A DNA stretch of 64,000 nucleotides from an uncultured Rhodospirillaceae bacterium (GCA_913020445.1 CAJWAR010000004.1:21608-85607); one strand, 5' to 3'; shown: positions 21,383 through 32,713, counted from the stretch's first letter. The notes: generated by a model from the sequence alone, not told the origin. Numbers and translations: made by a program.

Positions 21383-22092
21383 TTAGCCACGAACCTCATC
21401 TACCATATCTTCCAGCGCCATGACATCGCAAATAACCAGAGAATCCTTCTCTCGTTTAACAATGCCTTTTTTCGCTAAATCACTCAACACCCGCGCTACT
21501 GTCTCACGCGTTGTGCTGGCCCGGCTTGCCATATCACTATGCACCGGTATTGGCCTAATAGTGGCGGTATTGTCATCCGTTTCAGAGCTTGCCGCTTGTC
21601 TGAGAAGTTCACCATGCACCCGATTATTGGCTCCTAATGTGGTGAGGTCAATAATACGATCCGTTGACGTTCGGATAACGGCGGCTAAATTGGCCATCAC
21701 CTTCAAGGCAACGTCCGGGTACATTTTCATGACTGTTAAAAACCGCTCTGCGCCATTTTAGCAATATCTGAATCTTCCAGTGCAATAACAGTAGATGACC
21801 TTGGACGGCCATCAATTGCCGCCAATTCGCCAAAATATTGGCCCTCGTATAAATCTTCGAGGGCAACTTCTTTCCCAGAAAGCGTAAAATTCACCACGCG
21901 AACACGCCCGCGGGTGATAAAGTAGACATCCCGGGAATCGCTCTGCTGGTCAATGATTTGTTCATCGGTCGCAAACCGCCGCCAGCGGCAGGATTTCTCG
22001 AAATCGCGCAGCTGATTTTCGTCCAAATCCACAAGCAATTCGATGCCTGCAAGATCGTGTTTCTCAGGGGCGCTCAATATTTGCTCCACCAA
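21383..22092 (-). pseudogene. Crp/Fnr-family transcription regulator split by a 1-nt frameshift
   Basis: ORF 21736-22092 encodes a cNMP-binding domain. ORF 21383-21730 encodes the C-terminal HTH (TRETVARVLSDLAKKGIV). The two are in different frames and meet at an A5 run at 21738-21742 (T5 on the coding strand). One extra T would read ...AQSGFLTVMKMYPDVA... Confidence 0.75.
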
Positions 22093-22236
22093 ATGATCAA
22101 ATCAGTAATACCGTATTGCGAGAAAGCCTCGCACAAGAATGTATAACGATGCAACACCTTGTTATATAGCACTTTTCCGATACAACACCGAGTACATAAG
22201 CTTGCACCAAATTACCGACATGACTATGATTCTATT

Positions 22237-23238
22237 ATGCCAGATTTAAATGCCGATACAGGTTCCACAATGAGCACGACCACTGCCGCATCTTGCATTG
22301 CTGTCGTAATCCCGTGCTATCGTGAAAAACATCAAATCATGACAGTGCTCAGCAAATTCGATGCAATGATCGATCACATTATTGTTATTGATGACGCCTG
22401 TCCCGACAAGACCGGTGACTATGTTCTCGAAAACACCAAAGATCCCCGCATTCAGGTTGTCATTCATGAAAAAAACCAAGGCGTCGGGGGCGCCACCATC
22501 TCAGGCTATCAGAAAGCTTTTGAACTTGGTGCGGATGTCATCGTGAAAGTCGATGGCGACGGTCAAATGGATCCGGCGATGATCCATACATTGGTCCGGC
22601 CGATTTTGCGCGGCGAAGCTGATTATGCCAAAGGTAACCGCTTCTATCGGCTAAATGGCCTGGCCAAAATGCCCGGCGTCAGGTTGTTTGGTAATCTGGT
22701 GCTCTCATTTGCATCAAAAATGTCGAGCGGCTATTGGAAAATATTCGACCCCACCAACGGATTTACCGCCATTCACCGAAAGGTCGCTCAAGAGCTGGCG
22801 CTGGACAAAATCAGCAATGATTATTTCTTTGAATCAGATATGCTGTTTCAACTAAATATCGCGAGAGCGGTCGTCGCTGATGTACCGATCCAGGCAATCT
22901 ACGGCGAAGAAACCAGCTCGCTAAAAATTTCCCATATTTTATTTCCATTCGTTGGTAAACATTTGGCGAATTTCTTTCGGCGGATTGCGTATAATTATTT
23001 CTTACGGGATTTCAGCGTTGCTTCAGTTGAGCTGATTGTCGGTCTGATCTTAATTACCTTTGGCGCCATTTTTGGCGGCCTCGAATGGTATATAAGTCTG
23101 GCATCGGGAGTTACCGCGACGGCCGGGACGGTAATCATCGCCGCGTTGCCGTTACTGGTTGGCAGCCAGCTGCTGATCAGTTTCTTAAATTTTGATGTCA
23201 ACAACCAGCCTGATCGGCCCCTTCATCCGAATTTGTAA
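22237..23238 (+). CDS. Family 2 glycosyltransferase with C-terminal TM helices
   Basis: GT-A signature (VVIPCYRE, VIDDACPD, VKVDGDGQ) plus a hydrophobic C-terminus. The start is ambiguous among 22159, 22237 and 22270. Confidence 0.75.
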   Translation: MPDLNADTGSTMSTTTAASCIAVVIPCYREKHQIMTVLSKFDAMIDHIIVIDDACPDKTGDYVLENTKDPRIQVVIHEKNQGVGGATISGYQKAFELGADVIVKVDGDGQMDPAMIHTLVRPILRGEADYAKGNRFYRLNGLAKMPGVRLFGNLVLSFASKMSSGYWKIFDPTNGFTAIHRKVAQELALDKISNDYFFESDMLFQLNIARAVVADVPIQAIYGEETSSLKISHILFPFVGKHLANFFRRIAYNYFLRDFSVASVELIVGLILITFGAIFGGLEWYISLASGVTATAGTVIIAALPLLVGSQLLISFLNFDVNNQPDRPLHPNL

Positions 23239-23337
23239 AAAAACGATAAATTCCTGTCCGAGCAAGAATTGACTCGCCGATCAGGTCGCTTCATGATCAT
23301 CTCAGTTATATTCCAGATACTTGTGACGAGTATTGAC

Positions 23338-23934
23338 ATGCAAAAAATTATTTATCGTATAATACTGATTTTATTGTATTTTATAGCGACTCCGTCGCCG
23401 TCTCAGGCGGGCGAAAGCATCATCAATGCGGTTTCTTTTCGTCCCATACCAGCAGCTACAGCGATTGTTGTTCAGCCCTGGGATAATTCTGATGAGAATA
23501 TCAACACCGCCCGCCTGATCGAGGCCCAATTACGCGATCTCGGCTATAAAATTTCGCCTCAAGCAAATCTTATTTTATCTTTTGAGACCAAAAGCTCTCT
23601 CGGCAAATGGTCATCAAGTTCCAGAAATACCTCGGTGGAGCTCAAAGCCGAAGGCAGCACAAGCAGTGGTAAAGATGCCGAAGTCCGGTTAAACCTATTT
23701 TCCAGCTCCAAAGGCGGCGTTTTAAACCCCAGCAAAACACCGGGCGAAAATATTCTCTCCAAGGTTAGTTTAGAAATTACCCTTGATCAGCAAAATGGCC
23801 CGCGACTTTGGCAGGGCGAGGCGATTGCCGGGGTCCATCAAACAGATACCGCCTCCGTCGCACGCCGCTTAACTCCCGCTCTCTTGGACCATCTCGGTAA
23901 AACAATCAGTGGAAAAACCGTCAATATTCCCTAA
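23338..23934 (+). CDS. Exported hypothetical protein
   Basis: Signal peptide MQKIIYRIILILLYFIATPSPSQA. No recognisable domain. Confidence 0.55.
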   Translation: MQKIIYRIILILLYFIATPSPSQAGESIINAVSFRPIPAATAIVVQPWDNSDENINTARLIEAQLRDLGYKISPQANLILSFETKSSLGKWSSSSRNTSVELKAEGSTSSGKDAEVRLNLFSSSKGGVLNPSKTPGENILSKVSLEITLDQQNGPRLWQGEAIAGVHQTDTASVARRLTPALLDHLGKTISGKTVNIP

Positions 23935-24014
23935 TTTGTGGTGCAACAGCCCGAAATAAACTTTATAAACACCTGCAAATTCTAGCTCAAGTTCTGAAAA
24001 CGGATTCTGCACCC

Positions 24015-25211
24015 ATGAACGAGAATACACATCGTGGACTTTTACCTGCCGGTCTCGCTGATATTCTGCCGCCGGAGGCAGAGCATGAGGCGCGCGTAAC
24101 AGAAAGACTTATGGCTTCATTCTCTAAATACGGCTATGAGCGGGTCAAACCACCGTTGGTCGAATTTGAAGATATTTTGCTCAGCGGCAGTGGCGCAGCA
24201 ACCAGCACACAGACCTTTCGAATGATGGATCCCATTTCTCAACGAATGCTGGGCGTACGTGCGGATATGACCCTGCAAATTGCCCGTATTGCGTCAACCC
24301 GCCTAAGCGATGTAGCGCGGCCCATCCGGTTGAGCTATGCCGGTCAGGTTTTGCGGGTCAAAGGCTCCGACCTCAGACCGAAACGCCAGTTTGGACAAAT
24401 TGGCGCCGAGTTAATCGGCTCGAACTCCCCCCAGGCAGATGCCGAGGTTGTGCTCATGGCGGCGGAGGCACTCACCGAATTAGGGGTGCCGAATTTGTCG
24501 GTTGATCTTGGTCTGCCGACCCTGGTGCCGGCGATTTGTGAGGCCCTTAATATTGACCAATCAACCGATGGCGCGAGCCTCAAAACTGCGCTTAATCAAA
24601 AAGATGCGCCGGCCATTGCGAGCCTTGGCGAAAACCTTGGTGGTCGGGCCAATGAACTTTTCAGCGGCCTCCTGAATTGTGTCGGGCCTGCAGATAATGC
24701 ATTGAAAGCATTGCATAAAATCGACTTACCCGAGGAAGCCGCCGGCGAATTAGAAAAGCTATCGGCGGTGATTGCCTGTCTCCGTGAACGCTCCCCGGAT
24801 TTGACCATCACTATCGATCCGGTCGAGACGCGCGGCTATGAATATCATACTGGCGTTACCTTCACCTTCTTTGCCCTGGATGTCCGGGGTGAGATTGGCC
24901 GGGGGGGCCGTTATCTGGCTGATGATGCCAATGGTGATTCTCGGGGCGGCAGTTCGGATGAAACGGCGACGGGCGTTTCTTTGTTCATCGACAGTATTTT
25001 GCGCGCGCTCCCAGAACCGGCGCCGCAAAAACGGGTATATGTCGCTACGGCCAGTGCCGAGGTGGCGCAAAATTTACGTCTTGAAGGCTGGGCTGTCGTC
25101 GAGCAATTTGCCGCTGATACGCCTGCTGACGATCCATTAGAATCGGCTAAAAACGCCGCCTGCACGCATCTGTGGGATGGCAGCGAAGTTATACCGGTAA
25201 CAGATACATAA
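24015..25211 (+). CDS. hisZ: ATP phosphoribosyltransferase regulatory subunit HisZ (HisRS paralogue)
   Basis: Class II aaRS-like core (GLLPAGLADILPPEA, YERVKPPLVEF). At 398 aa it lacks an anticodon-binding domain. Confidence 0.75.
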   Translation: MNENTHRGLLPAGLADILPPEAEHEARVTERLMASFSKYGYERVKPPLVEFEDILLSGSGAATSTQTFRMMDPISQRMLGVRADMTLQIARIASTRLSDVARPIRLSYAGQVLRVKGSDLRPKRQFGQIGAELIGSNSPQADAEVVLMAAEALTELGVPNLSVDLGLPTLVPAICEALNIDQSTDGASLKTALNQKDAPAIASLGENLGGRANELFSGLLNCVGPADNALKALHKIDLPEEAAGELEKLSAVIACLRERSPDLTITIDPVETRGYEYHTGVTFTFFALDVRGEIGRGGRYLADDANGDSRGGSSDETATGVSLFIDSILRALPEPAPQKRVYVATASAEVAQNLRLEGWAVVEQFAADTPADDPLESAKNAACTHLWDGSEVIPVTDT

Positions 25212-25226
25212 AGGGAAATAAATGTT

Positions 25227-26519
25227 ATGGCGAATGTAGTCGTCGTTGGCGCCCAATGGGGTGACGAAGGCAAAGGTAAAATTGTCGACTGGCTCTCCGA
25301 GCGAGCTGATGTGGTGGTCAGATTTCAAGGTGGCCACAATGCCGGTCATACTCTGGTCATCAACAACGTAACTTACAAACTGAGTCTGCTACCGTCCGGC
25401 ATTGTCCGGCCCGGCAAGAAATCGGTGATCGGCAACGGCGTCGTTTTGGACCCGTGGGCACTGTTACAAGAAATCGCCACGCTTAAAAAGCAGGGCGTTG
25501 ACGTCTCACCCGACAATCTGTCAATCGCCGAAAATGTGTCGCTGATATTGCCGCTGCATTCAAAGCTCGATAAGGCCCGGGAAGAAGCTTTGGGTGGCGC
25601 CAAGATCGGCACCACAGGCCGTGGAATTGGCCCGGCTTATGAAGATAAAGTCGGCCGCCGCGCCGTTCGGGCCGGTGATTTAGCCGATCCGGAAACGCTC
25701 GAAGAACGTATTGATAATTTACTGTTACACCACAACGCACTGATGCGTGGACTTGGCTCGACGGAAATAACCCGTGAGGAAATTCTCACACCCTTGCTCG
25801 AAGTGGCGCCGAAAATCCTACCTTTCGTCAAAACCGTTTGGCATCAGTTGGATGAAGCACGCCGCGATGGCCAGCGCATTCTTTTTGAGGGTGCCCAAGG
25901 GGCGATGCTGGATATCGATCATGGCACCTATCCCTTTGTGACATCATCCAATACCGTCGCCGGGGCGGCAACAGTAGGCTCCGGTCAGGGCGCGAAGGCC
26001 GCCAACTACAATCTTGGCATTACCAAAGCCTATACGACGCGGGTCGGCTCCGGCCCCTTTCCAACCGAGCAGGAAAACGAGGTTGGTCGGAGACTCGGTG
26101 AACGTGGTCACGAATTCGGCACGGTCACGGGCCGTAAACGGCGTTGTGGCTGGTTCGATGCCGTCATGGTGCGCCAAGCAATAAAAGTCAGTGGTATCAC
26201 CGGCATAGCCCTGACAAAATTGGATGTGCTGGACGGCTTTGACGAATTGAAAGTTTGTACCGATTATACTATCGACGGTAAAAGTATTGATCACTTCCCG
26301 GCTTCAATTATCGGCCAATCAAAAGTCGAGCCCGTCTATGAGACCCTGGAAGGCTGGTCTGAACCTACTTACGGCGCCCGGTCCTGGGCCGATCTGCCGG
26401 CCACAGCGATAAAATATATCCGGCGCATTGAGGAATTAATTGAATCGCCTGTCGCTTTATTGTCAACCAGTCCCGAGCGCGAAGACACAATATTGGTGCG
26501 AGACCCGTTCGAAGATTAA
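25227..26519 (+). CDS. purA: Adenylosuccinate synthetase
   Basis: [13 protein letters not shown]-loop, [25 protein letters not shown]. Confidence 0.95.
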   Translation: MANVVVVGAQWGDEGKGKIVDWLSERADVVVRFQGGHNAGHTLVINNVTYKLSLLPSGIVRPGKKSVIGNGVVLDPWALLQEIATLKKQGVDVSPDNLSIAENVSLILPLHSKLDKAREEALGGAKIGTTGRGIGPAYEDKVGRRAVRAGDLADPETLEERIDNLLLHHNALMRGLGSTEITREEILTPLLEVAPKILPFVKTVWHQLDEARRDGQRILFEGAQGAMLDIDHGTYPFVTSSNTVAGAATVGSGQGAKAANYNLGITKAYTTRVGSGPFPTEQENEVGRRLGERGHEFGTVTGRKRRCGWFDAVMVRQAIKVSGITGIALTKLDVLDGFDELKVCTDYTIDGKSIDHFPASIIGQSKVEPVYETLEGWSEPTYGARSWADLPATAIKYIRRIEELIESPVALLSTSPEREDTILVRDPFED

Positions 26520-26695
26520 TAGTTTTTAAATTTGACCATGCGACAAGCTGTATAGAAGAAGGTCTATTCGTTTGTCGAATTATGCGTTAAGTGGAGCATT
26601 CCGGACTAATTGCGCTATAATGAGCGCCACAATTGAGGTCTTAATGTTACACCTGCATTGATATAGACCTGATGCTAGAAGAGTGATCAGAGAAC

Positions 26696-29176
26696 ATGGC
26701 GGACACGTCAACTGAACTGGAATCAAGCGCTGAAAATAGCGCCGAAGATGGCCCCGATATTGGCCCGGAATCGACCCCGGAGCCCAATTCCGAGCAATCT
26801 CCGGCCGCGCCAAGCGTGACCGAAACTGAGGCCGCTCAAATTGAGGACGCAGTCGATGAAGCACCGATAATTCCTGAAGATATTGAGAACTCAGAAAGTG
26901 TTGAAACAACCGATTCGCCGGAAGAACCTGATATTTCGGTTGATGAAGATGATTCACCTGACGATGCCGCGGAAAGTGGACCGGCGGAAGATGGTCTTGA
27001 AGAGCCTGCCGACACAGTAGAGCCAGTTGAAGAGGCCTCTCCTCCAGATGATGATGAAATTGAAACGGAAGATGAAGCAGAAGATGAAGCAAAAGAGGAA
27101 GTAGAAGAGGAAGTAGAAATAGAGGAAATCGCCGGTGCAACCGAGGCCCAAAAATGGGAAGATGATTCGGAAACCGCGCCAGACTCAACACCGCCATCAA
27201 CGCTTGAAGATCGCTATGACATCTATCCCGGACGCCCCTTGGCCGGGCTTGATTCTCCGTCCGCACGAGCCTTCGAGGCCGAAGACCGCATGCAACCCCA
27301 ACTTAAATTGTTTGCTTTGATCTGCATCCCAGGTCTGCCCGTTAGATGGGATGAAATCGAAGCTATAGAGGGCCGGGACCTGCCAGGTAATATGGCCTTG
27401 GCTGCCTTTGGCAATATCGACTGGCCGATCCAAAATCAGAAATGCCTGGCGTTGATTTTTGAACGACCAATGGGTGGGCAAGTTGATAATCTTCTTAAAG
27501 ACCCACATGCTCCGGAATAAAAAAAAATCGATGCGCTTCGGCTTGTTGCCGATACCTGTATTGAGGCCCTAACAAGCCTCAATGAACGCTCCTTAACTCA
27601 TCGCAGTATCCGCCCTGACAATATATTCTTTCTCGACGACGATCACGAAGAAGTCGTTTTGGGCGAGTTTGTCAGTTCACCGCCAGGGTTTGATCAACCG
27701 GTTGTTTTTGAAACTATTGAGCGCGGCATGGCTAGCGAAGGCGGTCGAGGAATTGGCTCAATTTCCGATGATATTTATGCCTTGGGCGTAACTTTGGCAC
27801 ATTTACTGCAGCGCCAAAACCCCGCTCGTGGAAAATCAAAAGAACAGCTTCTGTTGGCGAAAATGTCCCTAAGCAGTTACCCGGTACTGGTCGGAAAAGC
27901 GATCCTCACGGCCACTATGCTGGAACCAATCCGCGGCATGTTGAACGATGATGAGGAAGAACGTTGGGGCTTTGATGAGCTGGATATGTGGTCAAGCGGC
28001 CGACGGGTTGCGCCCGCTCAAACTACACCTGTTCAAAAATCGCAACGCCCCGTCCGATTTGGTGACTTTGATCACACCCAGCCGCGCACGCTGGCTTATT
28101 CGATGTCGGAGCGACGTGAAAGTGCGCTAAAAATGATCCAAGATGGATCAATTGAGCAATGGTATTCACGGGGACTTGAAAATAGTGAAATGGCAACTGC
28201 CGTGGCCGCCGCCGTAGAAGCCGCCGATGCCTTAAAAGAAACCGTGCCCGAAGCCGGCGAGCTTCTGCTTTCCCGTGTTCTGATGTTGATGGACCCAAAG
28301 GCGCCCGTCACCTACAAAAACGTCAAATATATGACCGATGGTTTTGGCTATGCCTTAGGCGTGGAAATATTGCGTGATGGCGACATTAAGACTTATGCTG
28401 AATCCATCGTCAATGAAGTACCGGGCATTTGGTTTGAAATTTCGGACGAATCTGCCTCTGCCCAATTCACCGAGTTAGAATATTTTGCTCGATTGCGCAG
28501 CCATTTGCAAAAGGCCGGCCCGGGCTTCGGCATCGAGCGTTGTCTTTACGAAACCATACCGGGACATGCCTGCCGCAGTCCCCTGATTATCAAGGAAAAT
28601 GTTTCTGAAATTGAAGATATTCTACCAACTTTGGACGCTGTTGAGAAATTCGCCGACACTAAAAAAAGCCCTGTCGACAGACATCTTGCCGCCTTTATTG
28701 CGGCGCGCAGTGAGGGGAGTGTCGAATCCCAATTAAACGAGCTCGGCGATCTCGATGGAACAATTCAAATTCTTGGTATGTTGCGCCTATTGGTCATCCT
28801 CCAGGATCGTATGAACGCTGGAACGTTACTAGGCCTGACAAAATGGGTGGGAGGCCTCATGGGGCCGGTAATAAAATTGTATCACAGCCGGTCGACTCGG
28901 CGGGATATAGAAGCAGAAGTCCCACGAATTGTTCGTAGCGGTGATCTTTCCGAACTCTTAGACTTATTGGATGACCCGGTATCGAAAAAAGAAGATCAAA
29001 CCAAATATCTGGCGGCGTTGGAGGAGTTTACAGAAGCCGAGGAAGAAGTATTGCAGATAGAAGAAAACACCGGTCCCGGTTCTGAAGCTGCAAATCGGAC
29101 CAGTAATCAAGTCGCTGCGGTGACTTCAATACTGATCATGATTTTCATTATTTCGATGATTATTATGGCTGGATAA
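26696..29176 (+). pseudogene. Protein-kinase-like protein, predicted inactive, with an acidic N-terminus and a C-terminal TM. It is interrupted by one in-frame TAA at 27518-27520.
   Basis: ORFs 26696-27520 and 27659-29176 share one frame. The stretch between them (27521-27658) is open and encodes KKIDALRLVADTCIEALTSLNERSLTHRSIRPDNIFFLDDD, a kinase catalytic-loop region. No ATG, GTG or TTG start covers that stretch. Confidence 0.6.
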
Positions 29177-29212
29177 CCTGTTGATTAATGGCGAGTTAAA
29201 TCGAGAAAATTA

Positions 29213-29803
29213 ATGGCAAGAGAACCGAACCTAGAGCAAGCGCCCAGACAAGCTGCCCCAGTTAAAAAAGCGTCAATGAAGTCATTGCTCTGGGTGTTTA
29301 TGCTCGCAATTGTCATATTTGCTTTTCCTGAATCTGTTATTTTACTGTTTTTGGGATTGTTGCCGACGGTGGTTGCCTTAATCATCGATAAATCGCCAAA
29401 AAAATATTCAACTTTCTGTGTCGGATCAATGAATATCACTGGCGTTTTCCCGGCTATGCTTGAGCTATGGGCAGGGCAAAATAATATTTCTCATGCCATC
29501 GAAATTATTACCAATGTATTTGATCTGATTGTCATGTATGCGGCGGCGACTTTTGGTTGGCTTTTATTCATGGCGATACCACCAGTCGTAAATGGGCTGT
29601 TAGCAGTGGTTGCTCAGCACCGAATTGCGCAATTACGGTCTCGTCAACGGGAACTCATAAAAGAATGGGGCGACGACATTATCGCCAGACCACTCGACCA
29701 AGCCGATGGAGTAAAAAGCGCGTCAGGCCAGGCACAAAGTCAGACGCCGGCACCCCCGTCCGATATTGAAGATTTGGACGAAGTTCCCCCAGCACCGTCC
29801 TAG
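29213..29803 (+). CDS. Hypothetical integral membrane protein
   Basis: 196 aa with about 4 hydrophobic helices. It lies immediately downstream of the kinase-like gene. Confidence 0.6.
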   Translation: MAREPNLEQAPRQAAPVKKASMKSLLWVFMLAIVIFAFPESVILLFLGLLPTVVALIIDKSPKKYSTFCVGSMNITGVFPAMLELWAGQNNISHAIEIITNVFDLIVMYAAATFGWLLFMAIPPVVNGLLAVVAQHRIAQLRSRQRELIKEWGDDIIARPLDQADGVKSASGQAQSQTPAPPSDIEDLDEVPPAPS

Positions 29804-29828
29804 TGGCATCATCGTAGATTTTATGACG

Positions 29829-29864
29829 AAAAAAGGCGCCTCGATGAGCGAGCCGCCTTTTTTT
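29829..29864. terminator. Bidirectional terminator candidate between the membrane protein gene and rpoH
   Basis: AAAAAAGGCG ... CGCCTTTTTTT inverted repeat with a 15-nt loop. Confidence 0.45.
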
Positions 29865-29890
29865 GCTTTAGGGAGATTTATGCGCCCGGA

Positions 29891-30775
29891 TTATGCACTC
29901 AGGCGTTGCTCAATAACTGCATTGCGCATTGATTTTTGTAATTTTTCGAAAGCCCGCACTTCAATTTGGCGAACCCGTTCACGAGATATACCATATTCCT
30001 GACTAAGCACTTCCAAAGTAGCCGGTCGGTCTTTCAGACGGCGTTCGAAAAGAATATGACGTTCGCGTTCTTTAAGACCGCCCATAGCTGAATCTAACAG
30101 GGCGCGGCGGTCATCCAACTCTTGGCTTTCGGCCAGCAACTGTTCTTGATCTTGCGTTTCATCGACCAGCCAGTCCTGCCATTCTCCATCACCTTCTTCG
30201 CGCAATGGAGCATTAAGAGAGTTATCAGGTTTAGCCAAACGGCGGTTCATCGAGACAACATCATTTTCGGGAACGTTTAGTCGATCAGCGATTTCAGTTA
30301 CATGTTCCGGCGTCAAATCGCCTTCTTCCATCGCCTTCATCTGAGCTTTGAGTTTGCGCAGGTTAAAGAACAATTTCTTTTGCGACGCTGTTGTTCCCAT
30401 TTTGACCAATGACCATGAATGCAGAATATATTCCTGCATGGCGGCTCTGATCCACCACATGGCATAGGTGGCGAGACGGAAACCACGGTCCGGGTCAAAT
30501 CGCTTAACAGCTTGCATCATACCGATGTTGCCTTCGGAAATAAGTTCACCGACGGGCAATCCGTAGCCACGATATCCCATGGCAATTTTTGCCACTAAAC
30601 GGAGATGAGAGTTAACCAACAAATGAGCTGATTCATGGTCTTCTTTTTCCAACCATGCCTTCGATAGCGAAACCTCTTGTTCCGGTTTCAGCATCGGGAA
30701 TTTTCGAATTTCTTGGAGATAGCGAGATAGGTTCGCTTCTGGTGAGATTGTTAATCCAAGTGTTTGTATTGCCAT
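29891..30775 (-). CDS. rpoH: RNA polymerase sigma-32 factor RpoH
   Basis: RpoH box QKKLFFNLRKLK plus sigma-70 regions 2 and 4. Confidence 0.95.
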   Translation of the reverse strand: MAIQTLGLTISPEANLSRYLQEIRKFPMLKPEQEVSLSKAWLEKEDHESAHLLVNSHLRLVAKIAMGYRGYGLPVGELISEGNIGMMQAVKRFDPDRGFRLATYAMWWIRAAMQEYILHSWSLVKMGTTASQKKLFFNLRKLKAQMKAMEEGDLTPEHVTEIADRLNVPENDVVSMNRRLAKPDNSLNAPLREEGDGEWQDWLVDETQDQEQLLAESQELDDRRALLDSAMGGLKERERHILFERRLKDRPATLEVLSQEYGISRERVRQIEVRAFEKLQKSMRNAVIEQRLSA

Positions 30776-30939
30776 TTTAATTCACTCCACCCATTTAATG
30801 TCTGGTTGATAAAACCGTTTAATCCTCAATAAAAAAAACCGTTAACCAAACGTTAATTAAACATGCCGTGAGTTCGCCTCAGGGTCAATTTACGGAGTGT
30901 GTGAAAGTGTAAGCGAATGTCACAAAGGCAATATCGGTA

Positions 30940-31917
30940 TTACAATAGTGCTAAAATATCGCTGGGGAGCGGGCTTTCGAAGCTTATTTTATTGCCGCTG
31001 ATGGGGTGGTTAAAACCGATTAAAAAGGCATGTAAAGCCTGCCGATTGAGGTTATTAACCGCCTCTTGAAACATTTCTGAAACAAAATTTCCCGTTTTTT
31101 TGGCATTTTTTGCACCATAAATTGGATCACCAATGATCGGATGACCAATGCTGGTTAGATGAACGCGTATCTGATGGGTGCGCCCGGTTGCCAGCCGACA
31201 CTCGATCAAACTGGCCCATTTTTCACTACTGGAGCCAATGCTTTTTTCGACTTTGTAATGCGTAAGCGCGTGTTTGCCGCCCCGCTTTACCACCGCCATT
31301 TTCTTCCGGTTACGTGGATTGCGGCCAATATTGCCTTCGATCATACCCGTCTTAGTCTTAGGCAGGCCCCAAACAACGGCTTTATAGGCGCGGTCAAGAC
31401 TGTGATCGGAAAATTGCGCCGCCAAGCCCCGATGGGCAAGGTCGTTTTTTGCCGCAACCATAAGGCCGCTGGTATCTTTATCCAAGCGATGCACAATGCC
31501 GGGGCGCGCTTCACCACCGATCCCGGAAAGGCTGTCACCACAATGAGCGATCAGCGCATTAACCAAGGTCCGGTCAGGATTACCAGGCGCCGGATGCACG
31601 ACCAGACCAGCCGGTTTATCAATGATAATTAAATCTTGATCTTCATAGACAATATTCAGATCGATATCCTGGCCAATCGGGATGGCCGGTTTTAAGGCCG
31701 GCAAGGAAACCTCAAATATCTCACCGCGTTTGACCCGGCGCGAGGGGTCCGTTACTTTCGCCCCCGCTGTCGTAACATAGCCGTCAACAATCAGCGCTTT
31801 GATGCGAGAGCGCGAATGGTCGGCAAAACTTTCGGCAAGAAACTTATCAAGGCGGCTGCCGGCAAACGCATCCTTCACCGTTGCGTTGAGGATTTGAACA
31901 TTCGTTTGATCATTCAT
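30940..31917 (-). CDS. rluD: 23S rRNA pseudouridine synthase, RluD family
   Basis: S4 domain (RLDKFLA) and catalytic HRLDKDTSG. I prefer ATG 31917 (MNDQTN) over the hydrophobic extension to 31968. Confidence 0.85.
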   Translation of the reverse strand: MNDQTNVQILNATVKDAFAGSRLDKFLAESFADHSRSRIKALIVDGYVTTAGAKVTDPSRRVKRGEIFEVSLPALKPAIPIGQDIDLNIVYEDQDLIIIDKPAGLVVHPAPGNPDRTLVNALIAHCGDSLSGIGGEARPGIVHRLDKDTSGLMVAAKNDLAHRGLAAQFSDHSLDRAYKAVVWGLPKTKTGMIEGNIGRNPRNRKKMAVVKRGGKHALTHYKVEKSIGSSSEKWASLIECRLATGRTHQIRVHLTSIGHPIIGDPIYGAKNAKKTGNFVSEMFQEAVNNLNRQALHAFLIGFNHPISGNKISFESPLPSDILALL

Positions 31918-31940
31918 GCGGAGAAGACTGGACCAAAAAC

Positions 31941-32279
31941 ATGCAAAAAAACAAGGCCTTAGTTTCACTTGTTATGGGTCTCAGCGTCATATTAATCGGT
32001 GGATTTATTTTATTGGTCTACGGATTGGTGCAACAGTCCGCCAATCCCGACTTCAAATTATTCAAAAGCAGCGAGGCGGTGCCGGCGGAACTTAGGGCCA
32101 AACTACCGGCAAATATCTCAATACCTTTGCCCCCGGGCTCGTGGGTGCGTGAAATTGAAGCCTCAGACGGCAAAATAATTGTTCACGTCACCACTGAGGC
32201 GAAGCGTGATCGGATTTTGATCTTGGATGCCGCAACCGGCGTTATCATTCGCCGTATCCGGTTTGATCAACAAAAATGA
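31941..32279 (+). CDS. Small membrane-anchored hypothetical protein
   Basis: One N-terminal TM (LVSLVMGLSVILIGGFILLVYGLV) followed by a short beta-rich domain. Confidence 0.5.
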   Translation: MQKNKALVSLVMGLSVILIGGFILLVYGLVQQSANPDFKLFKSSEAVPAELRAKLPANISIPLPPGSWVREIEASDGKIIVHVTTEAKRDRILILDAATGVIIRRIRFDQQK

Positions 32280-32713
32280 ATGGCGTGATCAGCCTTAGCG
32301 AACAACAATTCAAACAAATTCAAGCCGAGGCTGAAACAGCCTACCCTGCCGAATGCTGTGGATTGCTGGTCGGCAATATTCGCGACGACAGCCACCGCGT
32401 TACCCGCGTTGTCCCGAGTCCCAATATTATTGCTGATCAAGCAAAAGACCGCTTCGAAATTGATCCTCAAATCCATATTGATCTTGAGAGGGAGTTGCGC
32501 GGCTCATCGGATCAGATTATCGGCCATTATCATTCACATCCGGACCATCCACCGATACCGTCTGAAACTGATCTAAAGATGACCTATGGGCCGACACTTA
32601 TATGGCTTATTGCCGCCGTTAAAGATGGTAAATTTGTCGATTTAAAAGCCCACAAAGTAAATCCGAACGCGCATCAATTTGAAGAGATCGCCCTCAGCAT
32701 TACAGCGACTTAG
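32276..32713 (+). CDS. JAB/MPN (Mov34) family metalloprotease
   Basis: JAMM motif HYHSHPDHPPIPSETD with an upstream Glu (AYPAECCG). Confidence 0.8.
   Translation: MNGVISLSEQQFKQIQAEAETAYPAECCGLLVGNIRDDSHRVTRVVPSPNIIADQAKDRFEIDPQIHIDLERELRGSSDQIIGHYHSHPDHPPIPSETDLKMTYGPTLIWLIAAVKDGKFVDLKAHKVNPNAHQFEEIALSITAT

Noticed and set aside
26580-27266. 228-aa minus-strand ORF with leucine/proline repeats (LLPLLLPLLLHLLLHL)
   Set aside because: It is the antisense image of the GAA/GAT/GAG-rich acidic N-terminus of the kinase-like gene. Its low-complexity reading is a mirror artefact with no RBS.
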